The notes under the pieces are model-generated. The model ran no database searches, was not told where the DNA came from, and worked only from the letters and a program-made list of their open reading frames with translations. This document shows, one piece after another, positions 31,102 to 40,556 of a DNA stretch of 64,000 nt. The stretch covers positions 1-64,000 of the forward strand of contig JBDHKN010000002.1 in the NCBI GenBank assembly GCA_039586365.1, written 5' to 3'. Numbering within the stretch: position 1 is the stretch's first letter; each line of letters begins with the position of its first letter. The position numbers were made by a program, and so were the translations under genes. This DNA is from Gemmatimonadota bacterium. GTDB lineage: Bacteria; Gemmatimonadota; Gemmatimonadetes; Gemmatimonadales; GWC2-71-9.

Positions 31102-31425
31102 CTATGACCTGAGCATAACGAGCATCATCTTGAACTCGCTCACCGCCTGCAAGGAATGAGGCACTCCGGCGGGCAGTAGCAGCAGTTCGCCTCCCTTGAC
31201 ATCATGGACGGCGTCGGACACTGCAATTCTCGCTTCACCTTCCGCGATGTAAACGAGTGCATCGTAGGGTACCGTGTGTTCACTGAGGCTTTCCCCTTCC
31301 GCAAACGCGAACAGCGTTACCGAACCCGAGTCCTTCTTCAACACACTGCGGCTCACAACCGAACCATCCTGAAACTGGACCAGATCCGTCAGCCTGGCTC
31401 GCTTCGCGACCGAGTCATCGTGCAT
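31102..31425 (-). CDS. Cupin domain protein
   Basis: LFAFAEGESLSEH...PAGVPHSL. Confidence 0.9.
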   Translation of the reverse strand: MHDDSVAKRARLTDLVQFQDGSVVSRSVLKKDSGSVTLFAFAEGESLSEHTVPYDALVYIAEGEARIAVSDAVHDVKGGELLLLPAGVPHSLQAVSEFKMMLVMLRS

Positions 31426-31845
31426 CGACGCTCACTCCTTTCTCTTGCTGCGCTTGACACCCAATCACCAGCGCACCTGCGCGATTTCGCGCTTGCTCCT
31501 CAAAATACAGCCAGCAGTAGTCCTCCGCTGGATCGAGCCGCGGACCACGTGATCCACTCCCCGACAGGATGGCGCGGCACCTCGGAGAGCCACAGGTCAT
31601 CATCCTTCCTTCATACTTTCTTCACGATCCCCGGTCTAGCATCGTACCAACGAACCATCTGAGAGAGTACGTTCGGCCTGAGAGGGTTAGTCCGGCCAAA
31701 CGGACCAGTCAGCCCGCTTCTAAAGCGACAAGCCCGACCATTACGCAAGCCGCGCCGGCATAGCACATTTGGCTCATCCGGATGTGGCGGCACTCGTTGG
31801 TCGTGCCGCGGTCGAGCTGGAAACATTCACAGCGGGAAGGAGCAG

Positions 31846-32565
31846 ATGCCCCAACAAGTTCCCCGCCTGCTGGCGGTGTTTGTGGTGGCTTTCGCAGCGT
31901 TCCTCGTGGCCAGGCAATTCCTGGTTCCTGATACCTTCGGGGATATCGGGCATTACCGCGCCGGTGCGATCGACTCGATAGTCGCTCACGAGAAGAAGTA
32001 TGCAGGACACCAGGAGTGTACGCTCTGCCACAGCTCGATCGCCGAGACCCGCTTGGCTTCAAACCACCGAGGCGTGAGGTGCGAGGTGTGCCATGGCCCG
32101 GCTGCGGACCATGTAGCTGCCCCGTTGGACGTCCAACCGCCGGCACCTCGAGAGCGTGGTCTCTGCGTCCTGTGCCACGCGTACAACCCGTCACGACCGA
32201 CGGGCTTCCCACAAATCGATCCGGTAGCTCACAACCCCCTCTTGCCCTGCATGGGTTGTCACGAGCCCCATGCGCCGGAACCCCCGGTCGTACCCGGAGA
32301 GTGTAGCGCTTGTCATGGACAGATCGCCAGGCAGAAGGCGGTATCGCACCACGCTGGTTTGCCGTGCACGACCTGCCACGCAGCGCCGCAGTCACACAAG
32401 GTCGATCCCCGATCGGTCCGGCCCACCAAACCGCAGGACCGGACATTCTGCGGCACGTGCCATGCCCAGGGGATACAGGGCGCACCCCAAATCGATCTGC
32501 GCACCCACAACCCAACCTATCTGTGTTGGCAGTGCCACTACCCCCACTTTCCTGAGACGGAATGA
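31846..32565 (+). CDS. Membrane-anchored octaheme cytochrome c
   Basis: 8 CxxCH; N-terminal TM or signal; first gene of the NrfC/NrfD-like triad. Confidence 0.9.
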   Translation: MPQQVPRLLAVFVVAFAAFLVARQFLVPDTFGDIGHYRAGAIDSIVAHEKKYAGHQECTLCHSSIAETRLASNHRGVRCEVCHGPAADHVAAPLDVQPPAPRERGLCVLCHAYNPSRPTGFPQIDPVAHNPLLPCMGCHEPHAPEPPVVPGECSACHGQIARQKAVSHHAGLPCTTCHAAPQSHKVDPRSVRPTKPQDRTFCGTCHAQGIQGAPQIDLRTHNPTYLCWQCHYPHFPETE

Positions 32566-33371
32566 TGGCAGACAACGGCAGGATTCCCGACCCGACCCAC
32601 AGTCCTCCTGCGACAGAGGACCTGGGCCGACGCGAGTTCTTGAACGAAGTTCTCACAGTATGCGGTGGAGCGGTACCGCTGTTCTTGGGCGCAGTCCGCG
32701 TGCCATTGGCTGCCGCGCAAGAGACCGGGTATGACGCGACCGAACACTTCTACGGAATGGGCGTCGATGTCAACAGATGTATCGGCTGCGGCCGCTGCGT
32801 GAGCGCTTGCACCATCGAGAATGATGTACCTCCGGAACCGCACTTCACCAACACGTGGGTCGAGCGCTACGTCATTGGCACCGATGGCACGGTGGTCGTG
32901 GACAGCCCCGATGCAGGAATGAGCGGCTTCCCGCCCACGGAGCATGAAGAAGGCATCCTCAAGACTTTCTTCGTACCCAAGTTGTGCAACCACTGCGAGG
33001 AAGCTCCGTGCGTACAGGTCTGTCCGGTAGGAGCCACCTTCACTACCGACGATGGAGTGGTCTTGGTGGACGAAGAGTATTGCATCGGGTGCCGCTACTG
33101 CATTCAGGCGTGCCCTTACGGCGCGCGGTACCTTCACCCAGAAAAGCACGTTGCGGGTAAGTGCACTTTCTGCTACCACCGATTGGTCGAAGGGTTGGTG
33201 CCGGCCTGCGTGGAGGTCTGTCCTACCGAAGCGCGCATTTTTGGAGAGGTGGAGGGTCGCCCGACCCCGCTAGCCCAATTCACGCGTTTCAACCAGGTGC
33301 AGACTCTCAAGCCACACCTGAACACCAAACCGAAGGTGTACTACGCCAATCTGGATGGGGAGGTGAGGTAG
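32562..33371 (+). CDS. NrfC/DmsB-like 4Fe-4S protein with Tat signal
   Basis: GRREFL; CIGCGRC, CNHCEEAPCVQVCP, CIGCRYCIQACP, KCTFC. Confidence 0.93.
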   Translation: MMADNGRIPDPTHSPPATEDLGRREFLNEVLTVCGGAVPLFLGAVRVPLAAAQETGYDATEHFYGMGVDVNRCIGCGRCVSACTIENDVPPEPHFTNTWVERYVIGTDGTVVVDSPDAGMSGFPPTEHEEGILKTFFVPKLCNHCEEAPCVQVCPVGATFTTDDGVVLVDEEYCIGCRYCIQACPYGARYLHPEKHVAGKCTFCYHRLVEGLVPACVEVCPTEARIFGEVEGRPTPLAQFTRFNQVQTLKPHLNTKPKVYYANLDGEVR

Positions 33372-33374
33372 ACG

Positions 33375-34568
33375 ATGCAGGGTTACATCTATCCCAACGA
33401 GTTCGAGCTCCAGTGGAGCCTCCTCATAGTCCTCTATCCCTACATCACCGGACTCGTGGCTGGCGCGTTCATCCTGGCATCCCTGGAGCGCGTCTTCAAC
33501 GTGAAAGAAGTGCAGCCAACCTATAGGCTGTCGCTGCTCACCGCATTGGCATTCCTCCTGGTTGCCACACTTCCCTTGCTCGCACACTTGGGCCACCCAG
33601 AAAGATCATACGAGATCTTTCTGACACCCAACCGCAAGTCGGCCATGGCCATGTTCGGGTTCGTGTATGCCTGGTATTTGATGGTCGTGTTGTTGGTGGA
33701 GATCTGGTTCGACTACCGCAAGGACATGGTGCAGTGGTATCAACAGTCGAGTGGTCTCAAGCGTTGGTTCTACTACGCGCTTACTCTTGGAGCCACTGAT
33801 GTCTCCGAGAAATCGCTCAAGTTTGACGACAGCGCCGGACGTTGGATAACGATCATCGGGATCCCGTCAGCTTTTCTGCTGCATGGTTACGTTGGTTTCA
33901 TCTTTGGCTCTATCAAGGCCAACCCCTGGTGGAGCAGCGTACTGATGCCCGTCGTGTTCCTGTTCTCCGCAATCGTGTCAGGTATCGCGCTGGTCCTAGT
34001 TCTCTACATGCTTACCACGATGTTCCGCTGGCGAAAGATCGATATGGCATGTTTGGAGAAACTTGCTCAGTTTCTGTTCTACGCGCTGATCGTCGATTTC
34101 TCCTTAGAGGCGTTGGATTTCTTGCACCGCCTGTACGAGTCGGAGGAGTCGATCGAGATTCTGTCGCAAATGATACAGAGCCGGCTTTTCATTAGCCTCA
34201 TAGTGCTCCAGGTCCTCATGGGGACAGTCATCCCACTTGTCCTACTCGGCCTCACCTCACCTGCTTTGAAAAAGGGTGGGTTCGTCAAGGCTGCACCTGA
34301 GCTCAAACAGTTGATCTTCTTGACCTCCGCGGTTCTTGTGCAGATCGGGATCTTCAGCATCCGCTGGAACGTCGTGATAGGAGGGCAACTCTTCTCCAAG
34401 AGCCTACGGGGACTAACGGTATACAAGGTGGAATTACTTGGAATCGAGGGCTTAGCCGTGACTATGGGGCTCTTGTTCCTACCATTCGTAATCCTCTGGG
34501 TGCTGGTGAAGATACTCCCGCCGTGGACTGACACGGGAGCGCGTGCTGCATCTGCGGCCGCAGGATAG
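33375..34568 (+). CDS. NrfD/PsrC-family quinol-interacting membrane subunit
   Basis: W..LIVLYPYITG, HLGHPER, HGYVG, RWNVVIGGQ; multiple TM. Confidence 0.92.
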   Translation: MQGYIYPNEFELQWSLLIVLYPYITGLVAGAFILASLERVFNVKEVQPTYRLSLLTALAFLLVATLPLLAHLGHPERSYEIFLTPNRKSAMAMFGFVYAWYLMVVLLVEIWFDYRKDMVQWYQQSSGLKRWFYYALTLGATDVSEKSLKFDDSAGRWITIIGIPSAFLLHGYVGFIFGSIKANPWWSSVLMPVVFLFSAIVSGIALVLVLYMLTTMFRWRKIDMACLEKLAQFLFYALIVDFSLEALDFLHRLYESEESIEILSQMIQSRLFISLIVLQVLMGTVIPLVLLGLTSPALKKGGFVKAAPELKQLIFLTSAVLVQIGIFSIRWNVVIGGQLFSKSLRGLTVYKVELLGIEGLAVTMGLLFLPFVILWVLVKILPPWTDTGARAASAAAG

Positions 34569-34638
34569 GCGACCCCTAACAGTACGGGTCTGGAGAGGCT
34601 GGCAATACCCTGACTGCAACCGTCGAGCGGAGGCCGAG

Positions 34639-35055
34639 ATGAATCGCATCAGCAAGAGGATCAGTAGTGCACTCTCTGGAGTGAAGTGCCCGGGCTGCAA
34701 CAAGTTCGTGGTACCGACACTAATGCCAGACCAGGAGCCGCCCGTGGAGACGCAAGACACTGGCCGCCGATGGTCTTTCGTCTGGCGCCCTCCAAGCGGA
34801 GAGGTATGTCCGGAGTGTTTCTTCCCACTGGCACGGTACGCTCGGCGCGTCAAGTGGATCCGGCTGTTCACCACTGGCGTCGTGCTACTGACGATCTCGT
34901 TTCTGCTGTACCTTATCATGAGATTCGGCAGTTCCAGCCAGGTACTCTTGTGGGTGTTGAGGACAGCGACTACTGTAGGGCTTCTCGCTTTTCTAGTAGG
35001 ACTGGTTGGACTGATCGTTGGAGGGCGTAGCAGTCCGGGACCGATCGACTCTTGA
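34639..35055 (+). CDS. Small membrane protein with N-terminal CxxC...CxxC and two TM helices
   Basis: CPGC...CPEC then two hydrophobic segments. Confidence 0.65.
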   Translation: MNRISKRISSALSGVKCPGCNKFVVPTLMPDQEPPVETQDTGRRWSFVWRPPSGEVCPECFFPLARYARRVKWIRLFTTGVVLLTISFLLYLIMRFGSSSQVLLWVLRTATTVGLLAFLVGLVGLIVGGRSSPGPIDS

Positions 35056-35167
35056 ACTCGTGGATCATGCGCGGAGCATGTTACGTAAGTAGGGTTGACG
35101 GCCGCAACCCAAATGCGCCCCGGATAATCGCGGGCCTTGTGGCCCTTCTTCAGACGTCGGGGAGACC

Positions 35168-36454
35168 ATGCTGATGGCTAGGCCGTCGGTGACAGCACTG
35201 GGGACTCTAGTTTCCCTCGCGCTCGCGGCTGTGCCACCGGGCGCTACTGGGCAGTCGCAGGGAGAGCAGCAGCCGGACAACTGCCAGACGTGCCACGAGG
35301 TGCTCGATGAGCGTCTTGCAGCACCTGCCAGAGCCTTCACCGAGGACATTCACGCGGCAAAGGGCTTTGGCTGTGTAGCCTGTCACGGGGGCGACCCCAG
35401 AGAGGCAGGCATGCAGGGCATGGACCGGACCAAAGGATTCGTGGGAAGGCCAAGCGCCCGGGAGATCCCTGTCATCTGCGGCAGGTGCCACTCCGACGCA
35501 GAGTTCATGAGGCGGTACAATCCGGCGCTGCGAGTGGATCAGGTGACCGAGTATCGGACCTCGGTGCACGGGCAGCTACTGCTTGGGCAAGGCGATACGA
35601 AGGTCGCGACCTGCAACAGCTGCCACCCAGCACATTCGATAAGGCCGTCGTCAGATCCCCTGTCGAGCGTGCACCCCCTGAGAGTGGTCGAGACCTGCGG
35701 TGGGTGCCACGCGGACACCACCTACATGCAGCCCTACGACATCCCCACGGACCAGCGCGAAAGGTACGAGCAGAGCATCCACTGGCAGATGCTTTCGATC
35801 GAGGGGGACCTCTCCGCGCCGACGTGCAACGACTGTCACGGCAACCATGGGGCTGCACCACCGGGACTCTCCTGGGTCGGCAACGTGTGCGGACAATGCC
35901 ACTCGGTTATGGCTGATAACTACGGGCAGAGCCGACACGCAGAGACCTTCGCCCTTCTAGGTGTACCAGGTTGCGCAACCTGTCATCAGAACCACGCCAT
36001 CAAGCAGGCCAGCGACGAGATGTTGGGGCTTGATGAGGGGGCCGTCTGCGCTAGATGCCACTCAGCCGAGGACGCGGGCGGGCAGGCGGCGAAGGCAATG
36101 CGGTCACTCCTCGACTCGCTCGGTCGCTCGTTTGCGGAGGCCGACTCAATCCTCAGACAGGCAGAGCGGGCAGGAATGGAGGTGAGCGAGGCGCTCTTCC
36201 AACTGGGCAGTGCGAACAACGCTGCGGTGTTGGCACGGGCGTCCATGCATGCATTTGACGTGGTGGCCGTGAGGGAGAAGGTCGAAGACGGACTGGAGAT
36301 CACAGCTGAAGCACACGAACGTGGCCAGGAGTCGCTGGACGAGCTTCAGTTCCGGCGGGCCGGCCTCGCTATTTCGGTCACGATAATCATACTGCTGATA
36401 GTGGGACTCCTACTCGCGATCCGGCAGATAGAACACAGGCGACGGACGACTTGA
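35168..36454 (+). CDS. Nonaheme cytochrome c with helical stalk and C-terminal TM anchor
   Basis: Signal peptide, 9 CxxCH, C-terminal TM; precedes Rieske and cytochrome b. Confidence 0.92.
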   Translation: MLMARPSVTALGTLVSLALAAVPPGATGQSQGEQQPDNCQTCHEVLDERLAAPARAFTEDIHAAKGFGCVACHGGDPREAGMQGMDRTKGFVGRPSAREIPVICGRCHSDAEFMRRYNPALRVDQVTEYRTSVHGQLLLGQGDTKVATCNSCHPAHSIRPSSDPLSSVHPLRVVETCGGCHADTTYMQPYDIPTDQRERYEQSIHWQMLSIEGDLSAPTCNDCHGNHGAAPPGLSWVGNVCGQCHSVMADNYGQSRHAETFALLGVPGCATCHQNHAIKQASDEMLGLDEGAVCARCHSAEDAGGQAAKAMRSLLDSLGRSFAEADSILRQAERAGMEVSEALFQLGSANNAAVLARASMHAFDVVAVREKVEDGLEITAEAHERGQESLDELQFRRAGLAISVTIIILLIVGLLLAIRQIEHRRRTT

Positions 36455-36469
36455 CGCAGGGAAATTGCA

Positions 36470-36952
36470 ATGGCTGAGGACGTACCGACTCCCGGGACCT
36501 CCCGCAGGAGATTCATCGACTGGCTCCTGGGCAGGACGCTCATCACGTGGCTTCTCAGCACCAGTTTCGGCGGCCTGGTACTGGCCGTTGTGTACCCGGC
36601 AGGTCGCTACCTCGTGCCGCCCGAGGCTGGTGAGTCCGCCGCAACGTCGGTGACCTTGCCCTTCGCCCCAGACGACATCTCGCCCAACAGTGCCGAGATC
36701 TTCAGGTTCGGCAGCCGCCCGGGGCTCTTGGTAAAGACAGCTGCGGGTGAACTCCGGGCCTACTCAGCCACGTGTACCCATCTGGGATGTATCGTCCAGT
36801 ATCGGAACGACATCGCGCACATCTGGTGTGCTTGCCACAACGGGCACTTTGATCTGAACGGTGTCAACATCCAGGGGCCACCTCCTGCACCCCTGGAGAC
36901 GTACGCGGTCAACGTGAGTGAGGACCGGATCGTCGTGAGCCGGAGAACCTGA
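36470..36952 (+). CDS. Rieske 2Fe-2S protein (canonical)
   Basis: Tat SRRRFI; CTHLGC and CACH boxes; GPPPAPL. Confidence 0.95.
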   Translation: MAEDVPTPGTSRRRFIDWLLGRTLITWLLSTSFGGLVLAVVYPAGRYLVPPEAGESAATSVTLPFAPDDISPNSAEIFRFGSRPGLLVKTAAGELRAYSATCTHLGCIVQYRNDIAHIWCACHNGHFDLNGVNIQGPPPAPLETYAVNVSEDRIVVSRRT

Positions 36953-36953
36953 C

Positions 36954-38051
36954 ATGGCCCGTGTGCATCGGTGGTTGGCGGTCTTTCAGGCGTGGCTTGA
37001 CCAACGTGTCGAGCTAGATGCCTTTAAGGCACTTGTCAAGAAGAAGGAGGTACCGGTACATCGACACACTGTCTGGTATTACCTGGGAGGGATGACCCTC
37101 TTCCTGTTCGTGGTTCAGGTTGCCACGGGCATACTCCTGCTCTTCTATTACCGACCGAGCGCGGAGGAAGCCTTCGAGTCGGTTCAGTTCCTGATGGCAG
37201 AAGTCGAATTCGGTTGGTTGGTGCGCTCGATCCACTCATGGGCGGCCAACATAATGATCTTCACTCTGTTCCTCCATCTCTTCAGCGTGTTGCTCCTCAA
37301 GGCATACCGCCCACCGCGAGAGATCACTTGGTTCTCTGGCGTAGCACTTCTGGCAACTGCCCTGGGGTTCGGGTTCACTGGGTACCTGCTACCATGGAAC
37401 GAACTGGCGTACTTCGCGACGCGGGTCGGAACGGAGATTACGGGCGCGATACCCCTCGTGGGAGACTTTCTACTCCGGGTCGCGCGTGGCGGAGATGATG
37501 TCACCGGTGCGACACTCACGCGATTCTACGCGTTTCATGTGGCGGTGCTCCCAGCAGTCACGACCGCGCTCTTGGGCATCCACTTGCTCCTCGTTCAGAA
37601 GCAAGGCATGAGCGTCCCGCCTAGTGTGGAGCGCGCAAGCGGCGGTAAGCGGGTGATGCCTTTCTTCCCGGACTTCCTCCTGCGGGACCTCGTGGGTTGG
37701 CTCGTGGCGTTGGCATTCCTCGCTGCGCTGGCTGCATATTTCCCGGCGGAACTCGGGGAGAAGGCCGACCCCTTCTTACCGGCCCCCGCAGGTATCAAGC
37801 CCGAGTGGTATTTCATGTTCATGTTTCAGACCCTGAAATATCTGCCGGCCCACATTCTCGGCATCGAGGGTGAAGTCGTGGGCATTCTGGGGTTCGCCTT
37901 GGGTGGTGTCCTCTTCCTACTCATCCCGCTGTTGGACCGCCGCACGGGCCGCGGTGAGCCCAGCAAGTTGTTCACGTGGATCGGGATAGGGATCATTGTC
38001 TACGTGGTCGTGTTGACCTACCTCGGCTACACGGTGGATCCCACGACGTAG
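36954..38051 (+). CDS. Cytochrome b of a Rieske/cytb complex (b6-like plus subunit IV fused)
   Basis: IHSW...LHL, FHV...IHL heme His pairs; GYLLPW; IKPEWY. Confidence 0.95.
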   Translation: MARVHRWLAVFQAWLDQRVELDAFKALVKKKEVPVHRHTVWYYLGGMTLFLFVVQVATGILLLFYYRPSAEEAFESVQFLMAEVEFGWLVRSIHSWAANIMIFTLFLHLFSVLLLKAYRPPREITWFSGVALLATALGFGFTGYLLPWNELAYFATRVGTEITGAIPLVGDFLLRVARGGDDVTGATLTRFYAFHVAVLPAVTTALLGIHLLLVQKQGMSVPPSVERASGGKRVMPFFPDFLLRDLVGWLVALAFLAALAAYFPAELGEKADPFLPAPAGIKPEWYFMFMFQTLKYLPAHILGIEGEVVGILGFALGGVLFLLIPLLDRRTGRGEPSKLFTWIGIGIIVYVVVLTYLGYTVDPTT

Positions 38052-38294
38052 GGCCCGCTGCCGGTCTTGACGCCACTTCGCCAGCGGGACCCGTCTGAGA
38101 CCAGCCTCACAGGATCTTCACGGTTGGTTACCGGCAGTACCGTACATTGAGGTCGGTCGACGAGAAGGAGCGTTGGACCAGGCGACCGGATGGGCGAGTG
38201 AAGAGCAACCACCGGCAGTCGCGTGTGGATGCCTGACCGACCAACCCGAGGCATTCATAGCCGCACCCACACTCCCTGCCGCGGGGTTATGGAG

Positions 38295-39047
38295 ATGACC
38301 AACAAGAGCAAGACATCCAAGCCCACCTTCTGCCCACATTGTGGCACCCCTGCCAGCGGCAAATTCTGTATCAAGTGTGGCACGCCCCTGAAAGGGGCTA
38401 GCTGCCCGAGCTGTGGTGCGCCACTTCAACCCGGTGCGAACTTCTGCCACAACTGTTCTCACCGCCTCGGCAATAGCCGAGGCGCGAACTCGGTACTGCC
38501 GTGGGCCCTCGCCGGTGCAGCGGCTGTCGTCCTGATTATCGTGGCGGTGATCAACTTGGGACCGTCCTCACCTTTGCCTACTGCCCTCCCATCAGCCTTA
38601 GCATCACAGGGAGCAGTGACACCCAGCACACCGCGGGGCGAAGCGGACGCCCTGTTCGAGCGGGCCATGACCGCGTTCGAGAATGGTGACTCCTCGCAAG
38701 CTGCCTTCTCCGGGCAGATGGCGTTGAACGCCTACGCGCTACTCGAAGATCTCGATCCCGACGCCCACTTCCACATCGGGCTGCTGCGGCAAATCGAGGG
38801 TGACTTCGACGCTATGTTGGCCCAGGCGGACTCGATAGAGCAGCTGTCCCCAGGACATCTGTTTCCCCCCATTCTCCGTCACCGAGTCGGACGCATGAGC
38901 GGAGACGACGATCTGATGCAACGGTCGTACAGGCGGTTTCTCGAGCGCTACGAAGGTGAGATAGTGACCAATAGGTTCGAATACGATGCACACAACAGGC
39001 TGATCGACAGCTTCCGAACTGAAGCCCGGCAGGCTGTGGGGATGTGA
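38295..39047 (+). CDS. Double zinc-ribbon, TM and helical (TPR-like) protein
   Basis: CPHC/CIKC/CPSC/CHNC, one TM, DAHFHIG; start uncertain. Confidence 0.75.
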   Translation: MTNKSKTSKPTFCPHCGTPASGKFCIKCGTPLKGASCPSCGAPLQPGANFCHNCSHRLGNSRGANSVLPWALAGAAAVVLIIVAVINLGPSSPLPTALPSALASQGAVTPSTPRGEADALFERAMTAFENGDSSQAAFSGQMALNAYALLEDLDPDAHFHIGLLRQIEGDFDAMLAQADSIEQLSPGHLFPPILRHRVGRMSGDDDLMQRSYRRFLERYEGEIVTNRFEYDAHNRLIDSFRTEARQAVGM

Positions 39048-39108
39048 ACGAAGGGGAGGCGGGATATGGCCTGACTTACACAACAAACCCTACAATCCAG
39101 GACACAAC

Positions 39109-39726
39109 ATGCCCCAATCACGCTCTTCGTTCGCCATCGCCATGGAAGACTACAAGGCGGCTGGTGGCCTGCGGCCCGGTATTGCTCTCACGCTTGCCGC
39201 CGTGGCTCTCATAGCGGCGATCGCCGTCGGAGCGGTGCACATCATCGATCTCGGCAAATCCCGCGAGTCGATCGATGAGCGAGGCCGCACCATCAGGGCG
39301 ATCCACTCGTACAACGCCGCACTCGAGGTCTGGCGTAAGATGGCCGTTACACCGACCCAGTTCCCAGAGCAAACGAGGTTGCGCGACAGCATCTCGACCA
39401 CGTTGACGGCTCAGCTTTCGGCGCTCGAAGAGCAAGTGCAGGACTCCGTGGATAAGAGGCTCGTCGCGCAAGTGCTAGAAGATTTGCGGCAGCCTTCCGA
39501 CGCAGAAGTCTGGGGCCCTGAGCTCGGGATCCGGGGTCGTGCTGCCATGATTGTCTTGACGGCGCGCCAAGACTCTGCTCTCGTCCGAATAGCTGCCGGT
39601 CAGGGTCGGTCTCAGTTCTTCGCCGCTGTGTTCATCGGGTTATCTCTCCTGGCGGCCGGCATATTGGTTGTACCGATGTCGTGGGTGTATGTGCGGTTCA
39701 AGAGGGGGCATCCGATGGGGACGTGA
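39109..39726 (+). CDS. Two-TM membrane protein with helical extracytoplasmic domain
   Basis: TM, about 120 aa helical region, TM, very short tail. Confidence 0.65.
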   Translation: MPQSRSSFAIAMEDYKAAGGLRPGIALTLAAVALIAAIAVGAVHIIDLGKSRESIDERGRTIRAIHSYNAALEVWRKMAVTPTQFPEQTRLRDSISTTLTAQLSALEEQVQDSVDKRLVAQVLEDLRQPSDAEVWGPELGIRGRAAMIVLTARQDSALVRIAAGQGRSQFFAAVFIGLSLLAAGILVVPMSWVYVRFKRGHPMGT

Positions 39727-39809
39727 GTAGAGGGAGCGGGGAGCGCGGAGCGGGGAGCTGGATCTTCCGGAGCCGATCGGGACCACAGGAGGGTCCCGTT
39801 CCCTCTAAC

Positions 39810-39843
39810 GAGCTACGGGCGGGAAACTTCCCGCCCGTAGCTC
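39810..39843. terminator. Perfect 16-bp inverted repeat between convergent genes
   Basis: GAGCTACGGGCGGGAA-AC-TTCCCGCCCGTAGCTC. Confidence 0.65.
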
Positions 39844-39869
39844 CAAAACAACTCTAAAAGCCTTCCGAT

Positions 39870-40268
39870 CTAACCGGCTGGTTTGTGGCACAGCGTGCAG
39901 TACTTGACGTCTCTTCCCTCGTGGCTGGCTGGAGCGTCAGGCACAGGCTCCATGGCACCAGCTTTGTGACACATCATGCACTGCTCACGCCCGGCGATGT
40001 CGTGCGGTATTGCCTTGGCATCCGCTGTGAGCATCGGTGAGTCCGTGGCATGACACCACAGGCAGCTCTCGTTGCCCCGGTCGGCATGACTAGCCGGGGC
40101 GTCTGGTACGGGCTCCATGGCACCGGCTGTGTGGCACATCAGGCACTGCTCACGCCCGGCTGTGTCGTGGCTAACTGGCTTGGGCCTATCCTGAGCCAGT
40201 ACTGGTGCCGTCCAGAGACCCGCTACCAACACGAATCCAGCGACGGCAAAGAAACGGCCATGCTTCAT
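39870..40268 (-). CDS. Small periplasmic tetraheme cytochrome c (tandem diheme duplication)
   Basis: Signal peptide (VLA/Q); CLMCH, CLWCH, CMMCH, CTLCH; internal ~55-aa repeat. Confidence 0.9.
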   Translation of the reverse strand: MKHGRFFAVAGFVLVAGLWTAPVLAQDRPKPVSHDTAGREQCLMCHTAGAMEPVPDAPASHADRGNESCLWCHATDSPMLTADAKAIPHDIAGREQCMMCHKAGAMEPVPDAPASHEGRDVKYCTLCHKPAG

Positions 40269-40387
40269 CTGTTTGACTCCCGGTTCAGTTTAGGAGGATT
40301 CTAATTGCCACAGCGAAGTTGTGTCCTGCGGACCTGCTTCGCTGTCCCACACGAGACGGACTGAGCCTCTCTCGAAGGGACTGTAGC

Positions 40388-40402
40388 GCAAGGAACGTTC
40401 CG
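40388..40402 (-). promoter_or_regulatory. sigma54 promoter candidate for the tetraheme cytochrome
   Basis: CGGAACG-TTCC-TTGC (GG-N10-GC) about 120 nt upstream of the ATG. Confidence 0.6.
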
Positions 40403-40504
40403 AAGATACGCCATCCCTCCAGATTGTGCGAGCCTCGGTTTTGCCACAAGTTCGGCGCCGAACGGGGCAAACTTGCAGCCGGCGCCAATCGTCCACCAGC
40501 CAAT

Positions 40505-40522
40505 TGTCCTAAAAATAGGACA
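40505..40522. promoter_or_regulatory. Palindromic activator-site (UAS) candidate
   Basis: TGTCCTA-AAAA-TAGGACA about 100 nt upstream of the sigma54 site. Confidence 0.45.
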
Positions 40523-40556
40523 CCACAGTGTGCAGCAAGTTCCGGACGGTCCCCTG

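Noticed and set aside
31415..31826. Short ORFs between the cupin and the octaheme gene
   Set aside because: Probably the divergent promoter region; no supporting motifs.
33375..34568. Assigning nrfD or psrC as part of a nitrite or polysulfide reductase
   Set aside because: No NrfA (CxxCK) or molybdopterin subunit in the window; only family-level assignment is supported.
35095..35128. TTGACG...GATAAT upstream of the nonaheme gene
   Set aside because: Spacing of about 22 nt is too long for sigma70.
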